From the NCBI GenBank assembly GCA_910579165.1, contig CAJTTF010000002.1, forward strand, positions 41,746 to 105,745: a stretch of 64,000 nt of DNA. Reading direction: 5' to 3'. A model generated the notes under the pieces. The model was not told where the DNA came from and made no database searches. It saw only the letters and a list, made by a program, of their open reading frames with translations. Origin of the DNA: an uncultured Atopobiaceae bacterium (GTDB lineage: Bacteria > Actinomycetota > Coriobacteriia > Coriobacteriales > Atopobiaceae). This document shows positions 9,333-18,643 of this stretch, in pieces (within the stretch, counting starts at the first letter, position 1; the number at the start of each line of letters is the position of its first letter). A program made the translations under genes and the position numbers.

Positions 9333-10430
9333 ATGCTTTTTCAAGTCTATGGGCAAGATGCCCTTTTCCAATGGCTTGGCCTAGCGGTGGTGCTCGTAAG
9401 TTTAATCTTACTTAACGAGTTTGCGCGCCGTACTAAGGCCGGTGGCCTCATCATGTTCGGTGGTTGTGCCGTTGCAATGACGATATATTGCATCGTGCTT
9501 GCCGTCGCTGCTTCATCTGGTGAAGAGTGGGCCGTAAACAATGCAACGGTGACCGAGATGAACAGTTGGTTCCACTATGCAAAGGTTTATGCTGCCCTAG
9601 CAGGCTGTATTGGTTTTATGGCAATCAAGTATTCTTGGGGAAAAATTGGACGTGCCCGCTGGTTTAAGTGCTTCCCCTTTGTCATCGTTGCCATTAATAT
9701 TCTTATCGCTGTCGCTTCTGACTTTGAATCTGCTATTCACGGGTTTTCCGTTGGCAATGCCACTCTCATGGGAGGTGGCATGTGGCACAGTTCTGAGGGT
9801 GTCGATGTCATTGGTGGCTGGTGGAATATCTTTAATGGACTTGCAGGAATTATCAATATCTTCTGTATGACTGGTATTTTTGGCATTTACATCTCTCGCA
9901 AACGTCAGGATATGCTTTGGCCCGATATGACATGGGTGTATATCATCGCCTATGATATTTGGAACTTCTGCTATACCTACAACTGCTTGCCTACGCATGC
10001 CTGGTACTGTGGCATTGCACTCCTTTTGGCACCCACAATTGCAGGTCTCTTCTGGAACAAAGGCGGATGGATTCAAAACCGCGCCTTCACTCTTGCTATG
10101 TGGTGTATGTTTGCGCAAACCTTCCCATTGCTTTTGAATCAAGGAATTTTCCATGTGGAAGCAACTATGAATCCTGTGGCAAACCTTGTGGTAGCAATCG
10201 CTGCCTTTGTAATTAATGTCATAGCTATCGTCTGGATTGTAGTACGCGCAAAGAAGCAACACATCAATCCTTGGACCAAAGAGGTTTGGGTTGGTACGAA
10301 AGACTTCGATGAGGCTCTTGCCCGTCGTGCTCCCCTGAAGAATCTTCTTGAAACCTTGCCTAAGAGCGCAAGTCAAGAAGACGTCAAAAACCTTGAGGAT
10401 GAATACAAGAAATACCCACTTGCCTCTTAA
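9333..10430 (+). CDS. Hypothetical polytopic membrane protein (about 9 predicted TM helices, charged C-terminal tail)
   Basis: 365 aa ORF with AAGGAG upstream of the ATG and repeated hydrophobic stretches rich in W, C and F. It is followed by a strong intrinsic terminator. I recognise no catalytic motif. Confidence 0.7.
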   Translation: MLFQVYGQDALFQWLGLAVVLVSLILLNEFARRTKAGGLIMFGGCAVAMTIYCIVLAVAASSGEEWAVNNATVTEMNSWFHYAKVYAALAGCIGFMAIKYSWGKIGRARWFKCFPFVIVAINILIAVASDFESAIHGFSVGNATLMGGGMWHSSEGVDVIGGWWNIFNGLAGIINIFCMTGIFGIYISRKRQDMLWPDMTWVYIIAYDIWNFCYTYNCLPTHAWYCGIALLLAPTIAGLFWNKGGWIQNRAFTLAMWCMFAQTFPLLLNQGIFHVEATMNPVANLVVAIAAFVINVIAIVWIVVRAKKQHINPWTKEVWVGTKDFDEALARRAPLKNLLETLPKSASQEDVKNLEDEYKKYPLAS

Positions 10431-10456
10431 GGACGACTAAATCAACCATGACACAT

Positions 10457-10486
10457 AGGGCCCCTCTGTGAGGGGCCCTTTCTTTA
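10457..10486 (+). terminator. Rho-independent terminator of the membrane-protein gene
   Basis: AGGGCCCCT-CTGTG-AGGGGCCCT forms a 9-bp GC-rich stem, followed by TTCTTT. Confidence 0.75.
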
Positions 10487-10489
10487 GCC

Positions 10490-10565
10490 TGGTGGGCCCG
10501 GCAGGATTCGAACCTGCACTCAAAGGATTATGAGTCCTCTGCATTAACCGTTATGCTACAGGCCC
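10490..10565 (-). tRNA. tRNA-Met(CAT), elongator type; it could instead be a lysidine-modified tRNA-Ile2
   Basis: The reverse complement GGGCCTGTAGCATAACGGTTAATGCAGAGGACTCATAATCCTTTGAGTGCAGGTTCGAATCCTGCCGGGCCCACCA folds as a cloverleaf with anticodon loop CTCATAA and an encoded CCA. The 1:72 pair is intact, so it is not an initiator. Confidence 0.85.
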
Positions 10566-10600
10566 AAAAAGAACCAAAAAGAAAGGCAGCAAGCGCTGCC
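10566..10600 (-). terminator. Hairpin plus U-tract between tRNA-Ala and tRNA-Met (terminator-like or processing element)
   Basis: On the minus strand, GGCAGC-GCTT-GCTGCC is followed by TTTCTTTTTGGTTCTTTTTGG and abuts the 5' end of tRNA-Met. Confidence 0.4.
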
Positions 10601-10609
10601 TGAATTCTT

Positions 10610-10685
10610 TGGTGGAGATAAGGGGGATCGAACCCCTGACCTCATGGCTGCCAGCCATGCGCTCTCCCAGCTGAGCTATATCCCC
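10610..10685 (-). tRNA. tRNA-Ala(GGC)
   Basis: The reverse complement GGGGATATAGCTCAGCTGGGAGAGCGCATGGCTGGCAGCCATG...TATCTCCACCA has the G3:U70 identity pair, anticodon GGC and an encoded CCA. Confidence 0.9.
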
Positions 10686-10730
10686 GTTGGGTATCGTCGA
10701 GACGGCGCGCCGTTCAACGCATGAGAGATA

Positions 10731-12554
10731 TTACCTGTTTTTAAGCTCTTCTACAAGTGTAAGAATAGAATTCTTTGCCTCTTGCGTTGAAAGGGAGGAT
10801 TTTTCTTGCGTGGCACGTATTTTGACCTCTAGGGTGTTCTCGGCAATACCGCGCTTCCCTATTACAATTTGTACGGGCGTACCCATTAGATCCGCCTCGT
10901 TAAACTTAACGCCTGGACGCTCATCTCGATCGTCGAGAAGAACTTGTAAACCTGAGTTGCTGAGCTCTGTAGCAAGCGTTTCCGCAGCAATACGAACCTC
11001 TTCATGTTTTGGATCAAGCGCGATAATCCCTACCTCATACGGCGCTACCGTAATGGGCCAGATGATGCCATCATCGTCGTGGTGCTGCTCAACAATCGCC
11101 GCGAGCGTCCGCGTGACGCCAATTCCGTAACAGCCCATCTGGAGCGGTTTTTCTTTTCCGTCCTTATCAAGGAATGTAGCATGCAGTGGAGCTGAGTATT
11201 TATTGGCAAGCTGAAAAATCTGACCCACTTCAATCCCACGCGTCAGAGAGAGAGGGTTGCTGCAGACGGGGCAGCCATCGTCGCTGCACACTGTGACGAG
11301 ATCAATCCACGCATCAATAGTAAAGTCACGATCCGGCTCGGCGCCCTTGTAATGGGTGTCAGCTTTATTGGCGCCTATGAGCCACTGTTTAGAGTCTCTC
11401 AGTGAAACATCAGCAACAATCTGTATACCAGCGGGCAGATTATGCGGTCCTATAAAGCCCTTAATGAGTCCATACTGGTCCAATTCCTCATCGTCCATAA
11501 GATGATACGGACCAAAGGCATTGTAGGCCTTAACTTCATTGAGTTCATGGTCGCCAGGAAGCATAGCGATTATGGCTTGCGGATCTTCATCGCTGTCCGG
11601 CTCTTTTAGCAGCGCGACAGCTTTCTTGCAATCTTTTTCTTCCACGCCGACATAGCGCGCAAGATCCGCGATTGTAGAAATGCCGGGCGTTGAAACCTCT
11701 TCGATAATGCCAGCGCTAGACTGAGGCCCATCTCCTACATTAACACGCGCGGTTGCTGCTTCAAGGTCTGCTGCATAGCCGCATGAGGAGCAGGACGCAA
11801 TGGCAGCTTCCCCAGATTCTGCCAGTGCCATGAATTCTATAGAGTCAGCGCCTCCAATTTGTCCCGCATCGGCAGCAACAGGAAGCGCCTTAAGACTAAG
11901 TCTTTCGCAAATAGTTGTGTAGACGTTATACATAACCTTAAAGGATTCCTTCATGCCGTCTATGTCCGCATCGAACGAATAGGCGTCTTTCATAATGAAC
12001 TCACGACCACGCATGAGTCCAAAACGGGGACGCAGCTCATCTCTAAACTTTGTTGAAATCTGATATAGATTGAGAGGTAGTCCCTTATAGGAACGCAGTT
12101 CATGGCGTACAAGATCAGTCATGATTTCCTCGTGCGTAGGTCCTAATACAAACGTTCGCTCATGGCGATCTTCAAGGCGCATGAGTTCAGGACCGTATTT
12201 AGAAATGCGCCCAGATTCCTCCCAAAGTGTCGCAGGACCCAGAATAGGCAGGAGGCACTCTTGGGCGCCCGAAGCATCCATTTCCTCTCTGATAATCGCC
12301 TCAATCTTCTTGAGTACTCGCCATCCCAGGGGCAAATAAGAATAAAGGCCAGAGGCCGTTTTACGTATAAAGCCTCCCCGGAGCAACAAACGATGGCTGG
12401 GAATTTCGGCGTCCGCGGGCTCCTCTTTCAGCGTGGGAGCATAAAGAGTACTCATGCGAGCAAACGGATCGCCGTGATTAAAACGACTCATAAGGTCTTT
12501 TTTGTTATCTTCAGTATGTATTTCGTTCTTTATATCAGGCATTTCATTGATCAT
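10731..12554 (-). CDS. proS: Proline--tRNA ligase (bacterial type with INS editing domain)
   Basis: 607 aa with class II motifs (FRDELRPRFGLMRGREF, GCYGIGVTR) and a central editing insertion. Confidence 0.95.
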   Translation of the reverse strand: MINEMPDIKNEIHTEDNKKDLMSRFNHGDPFARMSTLYAPTLKEEPADAEIPSHRLLLRGGFIRKTASGLYSYLPLGWRVLKKIEAIIREEMDASGAQECLLPILGPATLWEESGRISKYGPELMRLEDRHERTFVLGPTHEEIMTDLVRHELRSYKGLPLNLYQISTKFRDELRPRFGLMRGREFIMKDAYSFDADIDGMKESFKVMYNVYTTICERLSLKALPVAADAGQIGGADSIEFMALAESGEAAIASCSSCGYAADLEAATARVNVGDGPQSSAGIIEEVSTPGISTIADLARYVGVEEKDCKKAVALLKEPDSDEDPQAIIAMLPGDHELNEVKAYNAFGPYHLMDDEELDQYGLIKGFIGPHNLPAGIQIVADVSLRDSKQWLIGANKADTHYKGAEPDRDFTIDAWIDLVTVCSDDGCPVCSNPLSLTRGIEVGQIFQLANKYSAPLHATFLDKDGKEKPLQMGCYGIGVTRTLAAIVEQHHDDDGIIWPITVAPYEVGIIALDPKHEEVRIAAETLATELSNSGLQVLLDDRDERPGVKFNEADLMGTPVQIVIGKRGIAENTLEVKIRATQEKSSLSTQEAKNSILTLVEELKNR

Positions 12555-12649
12555 TTCGTACGTTACGTATCTAGTTTATGGCCTTCCGCGTTAAATATGC
12601 TTTAAGTGGCATCTTGTTTCCATATTAGCAAGAAGTGCTTACCAGCATC

Positions 12650-13717
12650 TCAAAAATCACGTTGAATTGCTCTTAGAAGCTCTGGCACGATTTCATCTTC
12701 TGGGATAGTTTTAATAATCTCTCCCTTTTCGAAAAGCGCAGCGCAGCCGTCACCTCCCGCTATTCCAATATCTGCATGTCTGGCCTCTCCCGGTCCGTTC
12801 ACAACGCAACCCATTACGGCAACGGTGATATCTTTGGGAGAGTCTGCGAGAGCATTCTCTACTTCTTGTGCGTATCTCACAAGATCAATTTTGGTCCTTC
12901 CACATGTAGGGCATGAAACTATTTCCACGCCTCCGTTTTTTAGACCCAGAACGTGCAGGAGCATTTTTCCCACGCGCACCTCTTCAAGAGGATCAGCAGT
13001 GAGAGAAATGCGTATGGTGTCCCCTATTCCCTCCTGTAAGAGCGGGGAAAGCGCAGCTACATTCTTTATCGTGCCGGGAAGGAGCGTGCCTGCCTCCGTG
13101 ACGCCAATATGAAGCGGCACATGAGGCAGTTCTTGCGCTAAACGACGATTCACATCTAGCGTTGAGCTAACATCATGCGTTTTTGCTGAAACAACCACAT
13201 CTCTAAACCGAAGTCTCTCAAAATACTCAACAAATTGACATGCAGATGCTACAAGCTTATCCGTCCGAGAAAGATGTTCGTTCTTTTCAATTTTAGGCGC
13301 AAGAGATCCCTCATTTACCCCAATTCTTATGGGAATTTGAGCAGTTTGAGCAGCCTCTATGACAGCATCTACATTCTTGAAGGAACCAATGTTTCCTGGA
13401 TTAATTCTGAGTGCAGAAGCACCCTGCTTTGCTGCCTCTATGGCAAGCTTATAATCAAAATGCACATCGGCGATGATAGGAACAGGACTGTTCTCGCATA
13501 TCTTACGAAAGGCACAAAGAGCGGACGCGCGTGGAAGGGCCACGCGTATCAGTTGTGCGCCAGCAACAGAAAGCACACGAATCTGCTCAAGGGTTTTCTC
13601 GGCATCGTGCGTATCGGTAGAAGTCATCGATTGGAGAGGTATAGAAGCACCACCTCCAATTTGGACATCCCCTACAAGGACGGGATGAGTGAGGGTGTGA
13701 GGCATGGCTCGCGACAC
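12650..13717 (-). CDS. ispG: 4-hydroxy-3-methylbut-2-en-1-yl diphosphate synthase
   Basis: RINPGN, SCPTCGR and MGCVVNGPGE motifs. Confidence 0.95.
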   Translation of the reverse strand: MSRAMPHTLTHPVLVGDVQIGGGASIPLQSMTSTDTHDAEKTLEQIRVLSVAGAQLIRVALPRASALCAFRKICENSPVPIIADVHFDYKLAIEAAKQGASALRINPGNIGSFKNVDAVIEAAQTAQIPIRIGVNEGSLAPKIEKNEHLSRTDKLVASACQFVEYFERLRFRDVVVSAKTHDVSSTLDVNRRLAQELPHVPLHIGVTEAGTLLPGTIKNVAALSPLLQEGIGDTIRISLTADPLEEVRVGKMLLHVLGLKNGGVEIVSCPTCGRTKIDLVRYAQEVENALADSPKDITVAVMGCVVNGPGEARHADIGIAGGDGCAALFEKGEIIKTIPEDEIVPELLRAIQRDF

Positions 13718-13726
13718 GTTAGATTC

Positions 13727-15115
13727 CTAACCGCCAAAGATATAGCGAACGATATCTTGTTTGAGCAGAACAATGAAGAGAAGAATAAAGAGAAGAACTC
13801 CCACGTAAGAGATAATGCGTTGAATCTTTATGGGCACAGGACGGCGAATGATGGAAGAAATTGCCTCAATGAGGATTTTTCCACCATCGAGAGGCGGTAT
13901 AGGTAAAAGGTTCATAAATCCAAGAGACAAAGAGATAGCTGCAGTAAGGATGAGAAGTGAGGTGATGCCTTTTTCTGCGGCATCTGCTGCCATAACAGAG
14001 ATTCCTACAACAGAGCTTGATTGCGAGAGGACCTCTTGGAAATGCGCAGGATTAAAAAGCTGGGCAATAGCTGCAGCGGTCATGCCAATATAGGAGGCAG
14101 CCGCTACGCAGGCATCAGAGAGAGAAAGGTGTACCTGAGTAGTTGTGGCTCGAATTCCTAGCTTTTCGCCAGGACTTTTAGGCTCAATTGTAAAGGTGCG
14201 TACAAACGATGCTGCATCGCCTTCGCTTAAAGGTGCAGAACCATCGTTACTAGGTGCAGATGACAATACGGCAACACTGTAGGGTTGTGCCGTTTCTGAA
14301 GCGGAAGAAACTGCCTCGGCCATTTCATTCCATGATAAAACCTCGTGATTGTCTATGGCAACAATAGTGTCACCGGCCTTAAGTCCAACGGCCGCGGCAA
14401 GACTCCCGTCATCGACAGAACCAATCGTCGTGGAGTTTGATGCACCAGTAATTCCTAGGCACGATAAAGTGAGAACGAGAATTGTAAACCCGGCAACGAT
14501 ATTAATAAAAATACCATTAATAAGGACGAAAGCGCGGCCCCAAAATCCTAGGGTTTGATACGTGTGACTATGTTCCTGCTGGAGGAACGCTTTTTGAGTA
14601 CCGGCAAACGGGTGTGGCTCCCCTGCCAGGGTGGATCCAGCTTCAGAAAAGTTGTGTCCCTTATCATAGATGGTTCGCATGTGTGCATCGCGCGCGAGCG
14701 TCTGAAAGCCATCTTCGGTTTCTTCAATTGAACCCCAATCGCAAAGCGTTAAAAGAGCAGTCTCAATTTCAATTTCGTCTAGGTGTAAATCCTGGGCAGC
14801 TGACGCAACCGTTGTGGATCCCTGTTTGTAGACATAGGCGAGAACACGCGGAAGACATTGCGACTCAGACCCTTCCATGCCGCAGATGAGCGTGTAACCC
14901 CCCATTAGGAGGGGCGTTATGCCATAAGCAGTACCTGTCTTTTTAGAAACGCGCGACAAGCGTATCCTGCAAGGTAATCCTATAAAAAACTCTCTAACGC
15001 GAAGACCCATAATGCGAGCAGCAATGAAGTGGCCAGCCTCGTGAATATAAACGAGAACTGAAAGGATAAGGAGGCCCCAAAATACAATTGCCACGATATG
15101 AATGAACTGATCCAT
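13727..15115 (-). CDS. rseP: RIP metalloprotease RseP/Rip1 family (M50 site-2 protease with PDZ domain)
   Basis: HEAGHF zinc motif in the first TM region, a central PDZ-like segment (GLKAGDTIVAIDN) and a C-terminal NLLPIPPLDGG. Confidence 0.85.
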   Translation of the reverse strand: MDQFIHIVAIVFWGLLILSVLVYIHEAGHFIAARIMGLRVREFFIGLPCRIRLSRVSKKTGTAYGITPLLMGGYTLICGMEGSESQCLPRVLAYVYKQGSTTVASAAQDLHLDEIEIETALLTLCDWGSIEETEDGFQTLARDAHMRTIYDKGHNFSEAGSTLAGEPHPFAGTQKAFLQQEHSHTYQTLGFWGRAFVLINGIFINIVAGFTILVLTLSCLGITGASNSTTIGSVDDGSLAAAVGLKAGDTIVAIDNHEVLSWNEMAEAVSSASETAQPYSVAVLSSAPSNDGSAPLSEGDAASFVRTFTIEPKSPGEKLGIRATTTQVHLSLSDACVAAASYIGMTAAAIAQLFNPAHFQEVLSQSSSVVGISVMAADAAEKGITSLLILTAAISLSLGFMNLLPIPPLDGGKILIEAISSIIRRPVPIKIQRIISYVGVLLFILLFIVLLKQDIVRYIFGG

Positions 15116-15145
15116 ATAAAGTCTTTCTCCTCTGTTTATGGAAAT

Positions 15146-16390
15146 CTAGTTGGTAATGAAGGTCTTTGCAATCTGACGCGCGTCCTTTTCGATAGAAAGA
15201 AGTTGTTCCACAGATGATATGGGATCAACCTCAAAGCAATCCATAGTTGATTCTATTATGCGCTCTATTCCAAGAAAATCGAGTGCGCCAGCTCTAAAGG
15301 CAGCGTTGGCAACCTCATTTGCCGCGTTCATTACGGCAGGCATCGTTCCCCCCAGACGTCCTGCGTGTATCGCAAGATCAAGACAACGAAATGTGTTCAT
15401 ATCGGGTTCGCCAAATGAGAGTGGAGTGTGCTTTTGGTAGTTGATGGGCTCATCTTTGATCCCCCAGCGTTCAGGATACGAAAAAGCGAGGGCAATAGGT
15501 ATCTTCATAGAAGGAGATGCCAATTGTGCTTTAGTAGAACCATCCACGAAAGTAACCATGGAATGGATTGTCGAACCAGGGTGGATAAGAGTTTTAATTT
15601 GATCATAGTCCGCACCAAAAAGATGGTGAGCCTCAATAATCTCCAAGCCTTTATTGGCTAAGGTGGCTGAGTCAATAGTAATCTTTGGGCCCATTTGCCA
15701 GCTAGGATGCTTGAGTGCATCGTAAGCGGTTACATTTTGTAGTTCTGAGCGAGTGCGACCATAAAACGGACCGCCCGAACAGGTCAGCCAGATGGTTGTA
15801 TAAGGCGTACTCTCCCCCATTAAACACTGATATATAGCAGAGTGTTCAGAATCCACAGGAAATAACTGACCTGGCTTCACGAGAGGCATAAGAATGTCGC
15901 CCGCAACAACCAGTGCCTCCTTATTAGCAAGCGCTATCCTCTTGCCGCCCTTAATTGCAACGTAGGTAGGTTCAATTGCAGCAGCCCCAACAATGCCCAT
16001 TAAAATACAGTCGAGTGCATCGTCTTGAATCAGACGAATGAGGCCCTCTGTGCCTGTATAAAGCTTTGTGTGTTCTGAGAGCGACTCAAGGCAGCTATCT
16101 TTTGTATGCGCATCATCGGTTACGCATACCATCCTGCAGGAAAACTCATGAGCCGCTCTCACGAGAAACTCTGTGGAGGTATGAACGGAAAGACCCACTA
16201 CCTCAAGCTTGTCGGAATGCTCACGAGCAATTTCAAGTGCCTGTGTACCAATGGAACCAGATGCTCCTAGAATCGCAACCCTTAAGGGGCGCGTGGACGG
16301 AGTGCTTGAAGCTCGTGACAAAAGATTTCCTTTGGAATGGTCGTTCAGCGGGTTTACGCTTTTGGATGCTTGTTGGTCTTTGTTCATCAC
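15146..16390 (-). CDS. dxr: 1-deoxy-D-xylulose 5-phosphate reductoisomerase
   Basis: ILGASGSIGTQAL, LANKEAL, DSEHSAI and NAANE motifs. Confidence 0.95.
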   Translation of the reverse strand: MMNKDQQASKSVNPLNDHSKGNLLSRASSTPSTRPLRVAILGASGSIGTQALEIAREHSDKLEVVGLSVHTSTEFLVRAAHEFSCRMVCVTDDAHTKDSCLESLSEHTKLYTGTEGLIRLIQDDALDCILMGIVGAAAIEPTYVAIKGGKRIALANKEALVVAGDILMPLVKPGQLFPVDSEHSAIYQCLMGESTPYTTIWLTCSGGPFYGRTRSELQNVTAYDALKHPSWQMGPKITIDSATLANKGLEIIEAHHLFGADYDQIKTLIHPGSTIHSMVTFVDGSTKAQLASPSMKIPIALAFSYPERWGIKDEPINYQKHTPLSFGEPDMNTFRCLDLAIHAGRLGGTMPAVMNAANEVANAAFRAGALDFLGIERIIESTMDCFEVDPISSVEQLLSIEKDARQIAKTFITN

Positions 16391-16409
16391 GAGGTCCGCC
16401 AGCTCTCAT

Positions 16410-17297
16410 CTAAACAACAAAACCTGCAAGCAGAAGAACAAAATAAGCAACAAAGTAGGCAAAGAGAAGTGAATCTGAACGGTCGAGCATTCCTCCGTGG
16501 CCAGGTATAAAGGCACCAGCATCCTTAACGCCAGCTGCTCGTTTGAGACGCGATTCGAAGAGATCCCCCATTACACCTGCAAAGCCAACAGAAATACCAC
16601 CAATAACGGCAAGAGGCAGAGAAAAACCCGGTATACCAATAAACCACATTAAAATCCAGATAAATACAGACCCAAGCATTCCGCCAAAGAAGCCTTCCCA
16701 AGTTTTGTTAGGACTTATTTTTGGCGTCATTTTGAGCGATCCAAACTTGGAACCAACAAAATATGCGAGCGCGTCGCTTGCCCATACCGATGCAACAACT
16801 CCAAACGCAAGAAGCATCGACCAGATCCAGAAATAGTCGATTGTCTCGTAATGCATATGTCTTATTGAAACAATAGGGCTCATCATGAAACCTGTATAGA
16901 GAGGGGCAAAGAGAGTGATAGCTGCGTCACCAATAGACGCACGCGGCCGCCAGACGTACCAGATACCACTTAAAAGTATGAGCAGTGCAAGAACAAAAGG
17001 AAAGAGGTCGAATTGTGGTTCCCATAGGGGAAGTATGACAAATATCACTGTAGCTGTAAGACCTAAAAATTCATTTGGCGTACGCCCCATCTGCCGAGAT
17101 ATTCTGAAGAACTCGCTACAACAAAGCCACGACATGGCTGCGAACGCAATAGCGGTAGGAATTGTGCCTAAGAAGAGAAAGAGCACTGTTAAAAAGGCAT
17201 AAAGAAGACCTGAAAACGTACGTGTAAAGAGCTTCTCGGCACCGCCCCGCGCGCGCTCACGACGGGTAGGTATTTTGTTTTCAGCACTCATGCACAC
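16410..17297 (-). CDS. cdsA: Phosphatidate cytidylyltransferase
   Basis: Polytopic membrane protein with SDALAYFVGSKFG, KISPNKTWEG and GDLFESRLKR. It overlaps the uppS end by 17 nt. Confidence 0.9.
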   Translation of the reverse strand: MCMSAENKIPTRRERARGGAEKLFTRTFSGLLYAFLTVLFLFLGTIPTAIAFAAMSWLCCSEFFRISRQMGRTPNEFLGLTATVIFVILPLWEPQFDLFPFVLALLILLSGIWYVWRPRASIGDAAITLFAPLYTGFMMSPIVSIRHMHYETIDYFWIWSMLLAFGVVASVWASDALAYFVGSKFGSLKMTPKISPNKTWEGFFGGMLGSVFIWILMWFIGIPGFSLPLAVIGGISVGFAGVMGDLFESRLKRAAGVKDAGAFIPGHGGMLDRSDSLLFAYFVAYFVLLLAGFVV

Positions 17298-18084
17298 CCT
17301 CCTCTATTTTTCCAAATCTACGATGACGTCCCTGAAATGAGAAGATTGCGTCTAAAAGCGTCTCGCAAGAGAAGTCTGGCCAGTAGGTATCGCAGAGGAA
17401 AAGCTCGGCGTAGGCAAGTTGGAACAGGAGAAAATTGGAGAGCCGCATCTCCCCCGACGTTCTAATGAGGAGTTCTGGATCAGGCATTCCTGCTGTGTAT
17501 AGATAGTGAGAAAAAAGATGAGCATCAATCTCATCAGTTCGTATCTTTTTATCTGCGGTCGCCTGAGCAATCAGGCGAGCAGCACGCGCGATTTCTGCGC
17601 GTGCACCATAATTAACGGCAAGCGCCAAAACCATGCCTGTATGTGAGGACGTTTCTGAAAGGCCTTTATGAAATATATCACGCGTCTTCTGTGGGAGCGC
17701 TTCAATATCACCCAGGAAGGCTATTCGTACGTTTTCCTGTTTGAAGAGCGGTAGCTCAGCAATGAGTGTTTTTGCAAAGAGATGCATCAAATAGTCAACC
17801 TCTTCTTGAGGCCTTCCCCAGTTCTCTGTGGAAAAAGCATAAGCACTCAGGTATTCTATGCCGAGACGAACGCATGTAGTAATTGTCTCGCGTAGAGCAT
17901 CAACGCCCGCCTTGTGACCAGCAACACGAGGCAGACCCCGTTCTTGAGCCCATCGGCCATTGCCATCCATAATGAGAGCGATGTGATGCGGAAGGTTTTT
18001 GAGATCAATACCACGCTCGAGGGCAAGACGCGTCTGGGGATTCAAGGTATTTGAAAAAGGGCGAGAGGCAGAAGCAGGTCCCAT
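17281..18084 (-). CDS. uppS: Undecaprenyl (isoprenyl) diphosphate synthase
   Basis: HIALIMDGNGRWA, FSTENW, and IRTSGE.RLSNFLL.Q..YAEL. Confidence 0.95.
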   Translation of the reverse strand: MGPASASRPFSNTLNPQTRLALERGIDLKNLPHHIALIMDGNGRWAQERGLPRVAGHKAGVDALRETITTCVRLGIEYLSAYAFSTENWGRPQEEVDYLMHLFAKTLIAELPLFKQENVRIAFLGDIEALPQKTRDIFHKGLSETSSHTGMVLALAVNYGARAEIARAARLIAQATADKKIRTDEIDAHLFSHYLYTAGMPDPELLIRTSGEMRLSNFLLFQLAYAELFLCDTYWPDFSCETLLDAIFSFQGRHRRFGKIEEGVHEC

Positions 18085-18630
18085 TTAGACCTCCATAACC
18101 TCAGCTTCTTTATGCTTGAGTAACGCATCAATCTCTGTGATGTGCTTATCGGTGATGGTTTGTATGGACGATTGTTCGCGATGTTTTTCATCATCATTGA
18201 GATCTGGGTCGCGTTCGACTTTCCCGTTCATATCGCGACGAATATTTCTCACTGCCACACGAGCCTCTTCAGAGTGAGCCTTGCATTCCTTAACAAGTTC
18301 CAGCCTTCTTTCTTGCGTAGGAGAAGGGAAACTCAATCTCAACGAGGCACCATCGTTGGCAGGATTTATTCCTAGGTCAGACGCTTGAATGGCGGCTTCA
18401 AGAGGTTTTAAGGCCGACTTATCCCATGGCTCCACGACAAGCGTCGTTGCCTCGGGAACCTTAATGGCCGCAAGTTGAACAATGGGGGTAGGAACTCCGT
18501 AGTAGTCAACCTGAATAGAATCAAGGATGTGTGGATTAGCACGTCCCGTACGTATCTTAGTAAAGTTCTCTTTGAGGTTATCGATGCATTTATTCATGCG
18601 CTCTTCTGTAGTGTGCGCAATGCTTGACAT
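18085..18630 (-). CDS. frr: Ribosome recycling factor
   Basis: 181 aa with the typical Frr sequence (RTGRANPHILD, VRNIRRD). Confidence 0.95.
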   Translation of the reverse strand: MSSIAHTTEERMNKCIDNLKENFTKIRTGRANPHILDSIQVDYYGVPTPIVQLAAIKVPEATTLVVEPWDKSALKPLEAAIQASDLGINPANDGASLRLSFPSPTQERRLELVKECKAHSEEARVAVRNIRRDMNGKVERDPDLNDDEKHREQSSIQTITDKHITEIDALLKHKEAEVMEV

Positions 18631-18643
18631 AGTTTCTCCTTAG

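Noticed and set aside
9597-10376. 259-aa minus-strand ORF
   Set aside because: It is entirely antisense to the hydrophobic membrane-protein gene at 9333..10430. Its composition is Cys/His/Asn-rich with no motifs or SD. It is a shadow ORF.
10490-10565. tRNA(CAT) as initiator tRNA-fMet
   Set aside because: The 1:72 position is a normal G-C pair, and the anticodon stem lacks the three consecutive G-C pairs characteristic of initiators.
12555-12649. Possible T-box leader upstream of proS
   Set aside because: The intergenic region is only 95 nt. It has no specifier or T-box sequence and no terminator/antiterminator pair.
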